From: an uncultured Planctomycetaceae bacterium
Lineage (GTDB): Bacteria > Planctomycetota > Planctomycetia > Planctomycetales > Planctomycetaceae
Assembly: GCA_963813715.1 (NCBI GenBank)
Contig: CAWFAK010000007.1
Location: 768,001 to 832,000 of the forward strand
Length of the DNA: 64,000 nt
Reading direction: 5' to 3'
Shown: in pieces, positions 55,451 through 64,000 of the stretch
How the letters are laid out: the number at the start of each line of letters is the position of its first letter
Numbering within the stretch: position 1 is the first letter of the stretch
The notes under the pieces: model-generated
Told to the model about the DNA's origin: nothing
Database searches by the model: none
What the model saw: only the letters and a program-made list of their open reading frames with translations
Made by a program: the position numbers and the translations under genes

Positions 55451-56620
55451 GTGCGCCTTTCCAAACCGCCACTTCTTCTAATGACAGTGATCAGCCTAAC
55501 GTCTGCTTCGACGCCCATTCTAGCCCGCGGGCCGAGCGGGCAGTCGAAAAAGGGATCGACCCAAGCGAGCAAGGCCGCACAGGGGACGTCTCACCACCAG
55601 GCCAATTCGTCTTCCACTTCGACTTCGACAAAGGCTGGTTCAATCACAATTCTGAACACCGGCAAGGGACGCAGTGGCTTTGTCCCTGTCAGCCATTTGG
55701 AGAACACCCCTGTCGGTACCAGCGGCCAAGCTGGTGGCACGACGGGCACGGGTGGAACTCGCGGCACGACTGGAACCGGTGGCACGACAGGCACGGGCGG
55801 AACCGAAGGCAATACGGGAAAGGGCGGCGGCACGCTACTCAACGGCATCAACGGCATCTTTGGCGGCACGGCTGGGACCGGCACAACGGGTTCCGGCAAG
55901 GGTGGAACCGGCACTACGGGAACGGGTGGAACCGGTACCACGGGTGGGACGGGGGGCACGACGGGCACGGGTGGAACTGGAGGCACTACGATTGGAACCG
56001 GGGGTAAGGGCGGAGACGGCACCCTCGGCGGTACGACCAACGCAAACCCCAACGGCGGCAACCCCGGAGGGGGCTCGAGCGGCACTGGCACTAGCGGGAC
56101 CGGCACTGGCACTGGTGGGACCGGGACCGGCACGACGGGAACTGGCACGGGCGGCACCGGTACGACTGGCACTGGCACAACCGGAACCGGCACGACCGGA
56201 ACTGGCACGACCAATCGTCCTCCGATGCACTCCGGCAATGGCTATCCGGTTGGATGGGGAGTTCCGGCTCCTGTCGGCGCGACTTCGACTGCCGGCGTTG
56301 TCTCGACCACAGCCGATCCAGTCGCTGTTCCCGCCAATACGGCGGTTGCCGATGACGCGGCCAGCCTGACGACCGTGCCTGCAGGCGCGACCATCAAGGT
56401 GGACGCTCAGAATCTCGGCTCGCAGCCCGGCCGCGTTAGCATCGTGGTGGGCAACTTGGCGCTTCCCGGCGTCGTCGCGAACTGGAGCGACAATGCAGTC
56501 AACATCACGTTGCCCTCCGTCGAAGTGAGCGGACCGGTGCGAGCCAAAATCGTCGTGCGGCGTGCCGATGGCTCCGTCGCTATCGAGACGCCGTTCGAAT
56601 TGGCGGCCGACACTCACTGA
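55451..56620 (+). CDS. Secreted Gly/Thr-rich repeat protein with a C-terminal beta-sandwich-like domain
   Basis: AGGAGG Shine-Dalgarno, signal peptide, long (GGT/TGT)n tract, C-terminal VPAGATIKV..LGSQPGRV..WSDNAVNITLP..IVVRRADG. Confidence 0.75.
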   Translation: MRLSKPPLLLMTVISLTSASTPILARGPSGQSKKGSTQASKAAQGTSHHQANSSSTSTSTKAGSITILNTGKGRSGFVPVSHLENTPVGTSGQAGGTTGTGGTRGTTGTGGTTGTGGTEGNTGKGGGTLLNGINGIFGGTAGTGTTGSGKGGTGTTGTGGTGTTGGTGGTTGTGGTGGTTIGTGGKGGDGTLGGTTNANPNGGNPGGGSSGTGTSGTGTGTGGTGTGTTGTGTGGTGTTGTGTTGTGTTGTGTTNRPPMHSGNGYPVGWGVPAPVGATSTAGVVSTTADPVAVPANTAVADDAASLTTVPAGATIKVDAQNLGSQPGRVSIVVGNLALPGVVANWSDNAVNITLPSVEVSGPVRAKIVVRRADGSVAIETPFELAADTH

Positions 56621-56664
56621 GAATCTCGACCGTGACGAGCCTTGCTCGCCCGACCAAAGTCATC

Positions 56665-56707
56665 ACGGCTGAGAGGTCCAACCGGGGCCTCTCGGCCGTT
56701 CGTTTTT
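56665..56707 (+). terminator. Intrinsic terminator
   Basis: acggctgagaggtcc...gggcctctcggccgt followed by tcgttttt. Confidence 0.65.
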
Positions 56708-56762
56708 CTCCATTCGTGGCAATCTCGCAACCGCAACCGCCGAGCCGGAAATCTATGATTTT

Positions 56763-56795
56763 TTTTCAACAGGTTGTGCCGCCGGCGTCGCATGG
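56763..56795 (+). promoter_or_regulatory. ECF-type promoter motif copy D (degenerate)
   Basis: ttttcaacaggttgtgccgccggcgtcgcatgg, same spacing as copy A, upstream of ATG 56889. Confidence 0.5.
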
Positions 56796-56888
56796 CAGAG
56801 GGTGACTCTGGCAGACTTTGTGCAGATCGAAGCCCGGCTGCCCGGTCCGATCGTCGCGGGTCATGTCCTCCGCAGCAGGAGATCGGCA

Positions 56889-59452
56889 ATGCGTTTCAAT
56901 CCACTCGAACGGTGGTACCGGCAGGTCATTTCCCGACAACGCAAATCAGCAAAGCGATTGCGGCGGGCGACACTCGGCCAGCAGCTCGAACGTTTGGAGG
57001 ATCGCGCGCTGCTTTCCGCTATCACTCCGGCGGAAATGCGTCAGGCGTACGGCATCGACCAGGTGAAGTTTGGCGCCGCAGGGATCCCGGGCAACGGAGC
57101 CGGGCAAACAATCGGCATTATCGAGATCGGCACTGACGCTTCGCTCGTCTCGGATCTGCAATATTTCGACCAGCAACTCTTTGGTGCGGGGGCAACTGGC
57201 GCAGTTGCTCGACACCTTCGGCAGTTATGCTGGCCCAGTGTCCGGATCGACGAAGCCCTGGTTCGACACGATTCAGGACCCGAGTTTTCCCCCGTCGGTG
57301 GGAACGGCCAAACAGGATCTGGAGGCCGCGCTCGACGTCGAATGGGCGCATGTCATCGCACCGATGGCCAACATCGTGGTGGTGCAGACCGCCAGCAATC
57401 AGTCGGGCGCCGCGTACGTCGCTTCTCAAACGCAGCTCGGCGTCTCCACCGTGGCGAGCAGCTACTATCTCTTTCCCAATCTGAATCCGGCGAATTACTC
57501 GCAGCCGAACGTGGCCTTCGTCGGGATCACGGGAGACACGGGCACGTCGATCAATTCGCAGCAGGTGGGCTTCACGCTCAACAATTTCCCAGCATCCTCG
57601 CCCGCCATTATTGCCGTGGGTGGCACGACGCTGACCCTCAACGCGGATGGCTCGTATGGTTCCGAAACCGGCTGGGGCTTCGCCGGACCGGACCGATTCC
57701 TCACGGCCGATCAGGCGTATATCGCGCCCGGATATTGGAACGCCGTCTCGGGCGGCTTTAGTGGCACCTATTACACGTCGCCCGGACCCAGCGGCAGCAC
57801 CTCCACCGTCTGGTCAACGACGATCACATCCAGCGATGTGTTGGGGAAGAACGACAGCGGCCTCGAGCTTTCAGCGACCTGGACCCCCAGCCCGAGTAAC
57901 GCCGACAACGCCCAATACGAGATCTATGACGACGGCACGCTTGTCGACACGGTCACGGTCAATCAGCAACTGGCGCCAAACGGAACGCCCGGCACGCTCA
58001 ACTCACGTACCGCAACGTTTCAGGAGTTGGCCGCCCTCACGAAGGTCTCCGTGGGCGACACGATCCAGATCGTCGTACCCGCGCAGAATGCCGATGGCTC
58101 CGTGGTCATCGACGCGATCGGGCTCGGCCCCGACGACGCCAGCGGCGGCGGGCTGTCTAACAATCCTCAACCCAGCTTTCAAAACGGCCTCGTGATTCAC
58201 GACGGCAACACCGTCATTTCCAGCAACGGCACGCGGGCCACGCCCGACGTCGCCTTCGACGGCGACTACGTCAACAGCCCGGTGGAGATTTACAACCAGG
58301 GCGCGGTCCAACTCGGCGCCGGCACAAGCTTGGGAGCACCCGCTTGGGCAGCGTTGCTCGCCATCGCTGACCAGGGATTGGCTCTGTCCGGCCAACCGGC
58401 GATGAGCACGGCAACTGCGCTCGCCGGGCTCTACAGCCTGCCGTCCTCCGATTTCCACGACGAGACCAGTGGCTACAACGGCTATTCGGCCGGACCGGGC
58501 TATGACCTCGTTACAGGTTTGGGAAGTCCGGTCGCTAATCGGCTCATCCCCGACCTGGACAACGCGGCGTTAAACATCCATTCGCCAGCGATTACCAACA
58601 CACCCGCGACCTCACCCGCGATTCTCGATACGCCTTACTCGTTTCAATATATGACCACTGGTTCACCCGCGCCGACGTTCACGCTCGTGCCGGGGAGTCG
58701 CACTGCCCAGTGGATTCACGCTCAGCTCGGCGGGCCTTTTGTCCGGGGAAGACACAAACTTGGCCGATATTGGCCGGACCTTCACCGGCTCGGTCGATGC
58801 GGGCAACGGCATCGGCAACGACGCGATTCAGGCCTACAGCATCACGGTCAATGCGCCGGCGTCCCACCCGAGCGTGAAGATCGTGGCGCCGCTATCGGTC
58901 GTCCTGCCAGTGGAACCCGTCCCACTCCTCCTCTTGGCGAGCGACACGAACGCGACGGCTCGGGTCGCGTCCTTTCGCTTCGATATTTCGTACGGGGACG
59001 GCACAACGAACAAGGTGACGTCGAAGAGCCCGCTGCTGATCGCTCACATCTTCAAACACCCGGGCACTTACACGGTGACAGTCACGGCGAGCGACGAATA
59101 CTGCCACGTGAGCGCGCCGACGCGTGTGACGATAAAAGTGCTCTACCTGCCCTTTGGCCCGATTCCGTTCGACCCGAATCAACCCGCCATGATTGTAGGA
59201 GAAACGTCGAGCAGCCAGACGGCCACATTCTCGACCGCGGGATCGAGCGGGATCACCGTGACTTTGGCGGCCGAAGCCGGAACCGGCCAAACTGTCCCGC
59301 TCGTCGATTACGAGCAGGGAGTCAGCCCAGGACTCACCGCCGCGGCCGACCTGTTGGAGAACCCAATGGCCGACAATCCCCAATTCGAGCCAAATAGCGA
59401 CGCGATTCAGTGGGCTGCAGTGTCAGCCGCGGTGAATTTGCTTGCCATGTGA
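56889..59452 (+). CDS. Secreted S53 (sedolisin/kumamolisin) peptidase with LEDR leader, internal insert and Ig/PKD domains (frameshifts near 57195 and 58700)
   Basis: LERLEDRALLS, GAGQTIGII, EAALDVEWAH, TGDTG, PASSP.IIAVGGTTL, PDVAFD, GTSLGAPAWA, GYDLVTGLGSP; PKD-like YGDG..HIFKHPGTYTVTVTASD. Confidence 0.9.
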
Positions 59453-59727
59453 CTTGGTAATGGGTGGTGGGTGCGAGTTGCGTTGCTAGGCGGCCGACTT
59501 CTCCCAATCCATGTGGAGTAAAACGACAATTATCCCAACGAGGACAGATGAGTTCGAGCGCGCCTGGCATTGCCGCGCGGGGCTCACGTTCGCGACGCGC
59601 TGGTACTGAGAGCGGCAGTGCCGAGACCCACTGCCGCTAATCCAATCCCGGTCCGCGGGACTCCGAATCAGAGCCCCGCTGGACCGCCACATCATCAAGT
59701 GACCCGATCGGTCCTCGCGTGCCGCCG

Positions 59728-60795
59728 TCACAAAGCCGAGCCTGCCAGCGCCGACTCGCTTCGACGTAAATTGACCGCACGGTCCGGTGCCGATAAGAAG
59801 TCCACGGCCATCGTCGACGCGGCGTGCGTCTCGACCGGCGGGAGCGGCCTCTGCCGCCGTAGCAGCGAGATGACGGCGGGAAGGCCGATCAGGCCCATCA
59901 CGACAATCACTCCTAGGGCGAACACCGCGATCGTGTCCGGGCTGACGTCCGACGGCAGGACTTTCGCGAGAGACGCATAGCCCACGACCGTCGCATTGTG
60001 AATCCCGTGCACCAGCATGCCCGGCTTGATCGAATTCGTTCGGTAGGCAAGTAACCCGGTGATCACACCCAGGGGCACCACCCCGAACATGTGGTGCACG
60101 GAGTCGAAATGCAGGAGCGCGAACAGCAGCGTCGAGACGCCGATGGCAACGGCCGGAGACCACCGTTGGAGAAGCCTCCGCTGCAAGTAACCGCGAAACA
60201 GGGCTTCTTCCACGAGTGCCGGCAGAATGCTCACGAGGATGCTCAGCAGGGTCACGGTGCGCCAAGAACCGTCGTTGATGGCGGCGCCGATCACGTTTTG
60301 CGTCGGAGCGGCGCGAGTCAGCAGGTGCGACAAGACCAAGAAGACCAACGAGGCCGAGAAGGTGAAGGCCGCCAGCGTGACGAGCTTGAGGCGCCCAAAG
60401 ACGCGGCCTGTTTGGGGCAGGAAGCCGAGTCGTTGTTTGATCGGCTCCTTCGAGCGCCGCGCGGCATACAGAAGGCCGGCGGCCATTCCGAGCTGAGCGG
60501 GGATCAAGCAAAGTAGCAGGGCCGGCACCGGCTGCTGAAGAATCTCTTGGATCCGCGTTTGAATCTGATCGCCGCCGGCCCCCTGCGCTCCCAGGACGAT
60601 GCCCATCCCGACCGCCACCGCCAGCAGCATTAGGATTGAGGCCATCTGGCCGGAGATCACGGCGAAAACCAGACCGGCAAAGGTCGTCCACACGCGCGGC
60701 TTGCCAATCTTCGGGCTAACGGCTGGCTCCGATTCACGAACGGGTTCACAAGTGTCGAAAACTCGGACCGGTTCAGAGGCGATTGTCGAGATCAT
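59728..60795 (-). CDS. CPBP (CAAX/Abi) intramembrane glutamic peptidase
   Basis: EEALFRG, FALLH, HGIHN; multiple TM helices. Confidence 0.9.
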   Translation of the reverse strand: MISTIASEPVRVFDTCEPVRESEPAVSPKIGKPRVWTTFAGLVFAVISGQMASILMLLAVAVGMGIVLGAQGAGGDQIQTRIQEILQQPVPALLLCLIPAQLGMAAGLLYAARRSKEPIKQRLGFLPQTGRVFGRLKLVTLAAFTFSASLVFLVLSHLLTRAAPTQNVIGAAINDGSWRTVTLLSILVSILPALVEEALFRGYLQRRLLQRWSPAVAIGVSTLLFALLHFDSVHHMFGVVPLGVITGLLAYRTNSIKPGMLVHGIHNATVVGYASLAKVLPSDVSPDTIAVFALGVIVVMGLIGLPAVISLLRRQRPLPPVETHAASTMAVDFLSAPDRAVNLRRSESALAGSAL

Positions 60796-60877
60796 CGCAG
60801 GGGCTCCAGGAAAGTGTTTGGGTCGATCGCAGTCACAGCTACAAGGGATGGCTGCAATGTGCCTCCCGGCAGTCCCC

Positions 60878-60903
60878 TAGCGCACGAATCGCGCGTTTGT
60901 TAC
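60878..60903 (-). promoter_or_regulatory. Second ECF-like promoter motif, copy 1
   Basis: Minus strand gtaacaaac-gcgcgattcgtg-cgcta. Confidence 0.55.
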
Positions 60904-60998
60904 GGAAACTCTTTGAAAAATCCCCAACAGTGCAGAAACGCCAAAGAGCGAGCCGCAGCTCTCGGCCGCGACTCGCTCCCGGGATCTTTGCCCTTGGC

Positions 60999-62999
60999 TT
61001 ACCCCTGCGCACGCACCAGTGCGACGTCGACTCCCAGGCTGGCAAAGAAGAGGGTCAGCTGGCTGTCTTTCATCTCGTACGGGAAGTAGGACACGCCCCC
61101 CTCATTCGACAAGACCAGGCTGCGGTCTCGGACCTTCCATTGTCCGGCTCCCTGCGTTTTCCGACTTTCCCCGGTCGCGGCTTGCACTTCAAACTCGAAT
61201 GTCATCGTGCCGTTCGCCTGAAGGTTTAGCGAGGCTCGAAGCGTTCGCCCATCTGGGCTCGCGTGACTTCCTTTCCAGCTTCCCACGAATGCCCAGGGGA
61301 CGGATCCTTCGCTAGATGATTCGTGCGAGTCCGTTGCGGCCGCGGCCCCTTTGTCTGGCTTGGCGGAGGCCGGAGCGGCCGGCTTTGCGACGGGCGCCGG
61401 CTTCGTGAACTGATAGCCCAAATCGGTCAAGTACGTGTCCGAGACTTTCGGCAGATCGATCGGCTGGATTCCGTTGCGACGCATCTGCAGCACGTCGACA
61501 AACGTCGCCAGGTCGGGCCGGTCTTTCAGTTGCTCGACCTCCTTCGTGCCGTACCTCACGGCTTCTTCAAAGCTCATGCCGACGATCCCCGTCGCCTCGA
61601 TCGCCAGAATCCCCCCTTGCGGCAATCGGACAACGGGGAAACAGTGACCCTTGGTGATGACCAGCGCCGTCTGCAAGTTCACCGACTCACAAGCGCTGGC
61701 AAAGAAAATCGCCAGATCGATGCACGTTCCCGAATGATTCCGCAGAACGTCACGAGCGTATTTGATGTGCTGGCCGTTGGTGGCGCCGTTCACATAGGAC
61801 GGAGGAGTCTGGTAAGCGATGTGATTGGCAACCATCCAGTCGTAAAGCGTCTTGGCGAACTCGCTGGCACTTTCATTGCTGCCGGCGGCATTGTTGGCTC
61901 CGTTGGTGACGAGCCCGCTCACGCGGCCGACCAGCTGCTGCACGACCGGGTCGTTGGGACTGGTGAATGACGCCAGCACATAAGGGATGAACTCCGAAGC
62001 CTCCTGGAAGCTCGTGATTTCGCCCGGAGCGAGTCCCGTGAAGATCGTTTCGTTGTAACCCAACAGCTGCAGTTTCTTGGTGTCGGTTTCGACGACCAAC
62101 TGACCGTCGGCCTTCTTGTATTGATATTCGCACTCGAGACTCACCGTCCGCGATCCGGTCAACAGCCCGAGCTTTTCCAGGTCGAGCACCGGATAGAAGG
62201 GGTCGACGACGGTCTGCCCGGGATAGACCTTCGCGCTGTGCCGCCACGTGCTCCAATCGCTGAAGCCGGCGATGCGGAAGCGTGCGCGGTAATCGGTGAG
62301 CGTCGAATTTCCCGTGTTGTCGAAGCGGCTCTTGCCGACCCACAAAACGTCGAACGCCTCGTTGCTGTAGCATTTCGCGAGGCAGCCCATGATGGTGTCT
62401 TTGGCCTCGAGCTCGAACGTCGTGTCGGTCCGGCTGCCGTCAGTGACCTTCGGCGCGAAGTCGTAGCAGAAGGAGCTGCACTGCGCGTTGGTCTTCAAAT
62501 GACTGCCTCCCTCGGGCAGGACGACGCGTTCGATGAGATTCACGATGATTCCGGACGAGTTGATCGTCCCCTGAAAGATGGCCGAGCGATCGTGCGACTC
62601 GAGCATCTCGAGTGAGGCGTCTTTGTCCACCGGCACCATCCAGCGGTTTCCTTGTTCGACGCGGGCAAACCCGCGGACGTTGTACGTGATCTCCACGCGA
62701 TTTTTGACGTCGTTGAATTTTGCATCGGCATTTTCCAGGACTTCCCAGCCGCGCCCGACGCCAAACTTGCGGAGCATCAGAGCGACGTTGGGTGTATTGG
62801 TCTTCATCGCCGTATACACCACGGTCGGCGCGGTCATCGTCGAGTGAACCGTCGCGTTGCCGATCGAATCGATCTCGGTGGTTTCATCCACTTTGAGAAC
62901 GGCGGCGCTTTCTGCCTTGGCGGCGGCGCGCAAACACGTTCCCGTAATCACCAGCGTCAACGCGAGCAGCCAGCGGGCAGTAACGGATCGAGAAGCCAT
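60999..62999 (-). CDS. Secreted multidomain protein with a transglutaminase-like core
   Basis: Signal peptide; LASFTSPNDP, IAYQTPP, GQHIKYARDVL..SGTCIDLAIFFASACE..GHCFP..AIEAT. Confidence 0.75.
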   Translation of the reverse strand: MASRSVTARWLLALTLVITGTCLRAAAKAESAAVLKVDETTEIDSIGNATVHSTMTAPTVVYTAMKTNTPNVALMLRKFGVGRGWEVLENADAKFNDVKNRVEITYNVRGFARVEQGNRWMVPVDKDASLEMLESHDRSAIFQGTINSSGIIVNLIERVVLPEGGSHLKTNAQCSSFCYDFAPKVTDGSRTDTTFELEAKDTIMGCLAKCYSNEAFDVLWVGKSRFDNTGNSTLTDYRARFRIAGFSDWSTWRHSAKVYPGQTVVDPFYPVLDLEKLGLLTGSRTVSLECEYQYKKADGQLVVETDTKKLQLLGYNETIFTGLAPGEITSFQEASEFIPYVLASFTSPNDPVVQQLVGRVSGLVTNGANNAAGSNESASEFAKTLYDWMVANHIAYQTPPSYVNGATNGQHIKYARDVLRNHSGTCIDLAIFFASACESVNLQTALVITKGHCFPVVRLPQGGILAIEATGIVGMSFEEAVRYGTKEVEQLKDRPDLATFVDVLQMRRNGIQPIDLPKVSDTYLTDLGYQFTKPAPVAKPAAPASAKPDKGAAAATDSHESSSEGSVPWAFVGSWKGSHASPDGRTLRASLNLQANGTMTFEFEVQAATGESRKTQGAGQWKVRDRSLVLSNEGGVSYFPYEMKDSQLTLFFASLGVDVALVRAQG

Positions 63000-63084
63000 A
63001 GAAGTGAACCTTTCCGATTGAGTGAGGCTTTGGGCCGGCAAAGGGTTTCTGTGATTGAGGCACGGTGGCCCGATCTGAAACGCC

Positions 63085-63110
63085 AAGCGTTGTCCGCGCC
63101 GGTTTGTTAC
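63085..63110 (-). promoter_or_regulatory. Second ECF-like promoter motif, copy 2
   Basis: Minus strand gtaacaaac-cggcgcggacaa-cgctt. Confidence 0.55.
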
Positions 63111-63399
63111 AGCCCGCCCGCAAACTTTTTTTGGATTCGGCTTTGGGTCGTGAATTACAGGCGCAGGTTAAACCTGCTTTTCGGTTCGCAAACCCAGTGT
63201 CTTCAAGGACTTGGCGCGCAATCGGCCGTTTCAGTCTTTGAGCCGAACTGGCGAAGCGTCGAACGCCCGTGGTGATGGGAATACTGCATCGACGAGTCGC
63301 CTTCTGGCCTCGACGCCTTCGCGGAGCCGTCATGCGCTCGGCGTTGCCTACGTCACCGGCACCTCCAAAAGCGTCAGTGACTCTTGGCTGCGACCCACC

Positions 63400-63805
63400 T
63401 TCGAGTAGCACAGCCTCGACGACCGGAACCACCTTGTCCTCTCTCAGCTTGTCCAAGATGTTGACCGGCCGGGCTTTGGCTGCCGATCCGTCAAAGCTCG
63501 AAAACTGGGTCCCTCCCTTTTTCAAATTTGCGAAGGGGCTTTTGGCGTATCGGCAGGGCCGCTTCAGCGAATCGGCGGACATCATGAAGGGCGATGCTGC
63601 CGGCGCTTTTGATCCAGCTCCGGGTCTAGTGCTCGCCATGGATCAGTTCTACATGGGCCAAAAGAGCGAAGCCCGAAAGAGCTTCGACAAAGCCCTCAAG
63701 AAATTCGATTGGCAACCGACCAAAGCTGATTTCCGCGAACCCTGGATGTATCACATCCTTCGACGCGAGGCGGGACGGCTTATCAAGCCGGGCGCGGTGC
63801 CGTAA
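63400..63805 (+). pseudogene. Probable orphan C-terminal TPR fragment of a kinase-type protein
   Basis: FAKGLLAYRQGRF..APGLVLAM....GQKSEARKSFDKAL..W..HILRREA resembles planctomycete kinase tails; no credible start or upstream domain. Confidence 0.5.
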
Positions 63806-64000
63806 CACCGCGGCGGATGGTCAAACTCGCTCCACTTTCGCGACCAGAGACGCCGGACGATTCTTTTGCTCGCCTTGGCGGAGGCGTTTCACCGAGGAGA
63901 TGATCCGCCGGTGGTCGAATCACTCAGCCTTGCCGCGGCCCTTTGATAGCAGCGAACCTTCATCACACGAACTCCTCCCGATCCCCGACCAGCGCGGCCT

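Noticed and set aside
55591..56238. Pro/Val-repeat protein on the minus strand
   Set aside because: Antisense image of the Gly/Thr tract; the plus-strand gene has the RBS, signal peptide and terminator.

Overview
High-GC bacterial DNA, almost certainly a Planctomycete (PSD1/DUF1549-DUF1553 cytochrome c protein, DUF1501, two DUF1559 prepilin-like genes, TIGR02999-type ECF sigma, LExR-leader secreted protein). About 1-42.4 kb is core-like: trpG/pabA, moeA, lnt, an amidase, a sugar ABC transporter with ROK kinase, apt, a Ser/Thr kinase, cbiX/sirB, MarR, csrA, plsY and an M42 peptidase. From the 3' end of the M42 gene onward the sequence looks accessory. A 26-bp duplication of the M42 gene end flanks a SMI1/KNR4 gene. 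It is followed by a truncated large serine recombinase, kinase remnants and an ECF sigma/Ser-Thr kinase pair surrounded by secreted proteins. The most notable hidden structure is a four-copy promoter-like motif (T-tract-CRRCAG-N15/16-CGCA) in front of the kinase and three secreted-protein genes, which suggests a self-contained ECF-kinase regulon. A second two-copy motif (GTAACAAAC-N12-CGCT) lies upstream of a CAAX protease and a secreted transglutaminase-like gene. Roughly 20 genes, including housekeeping ones, carry single-base frameshifts that most likely reflect long-read indel errors, so several boundaries are approximate. No rRNA, tRNA or CRISPR array was seen. All family calls come from motif recognition by eye; no searches were run.
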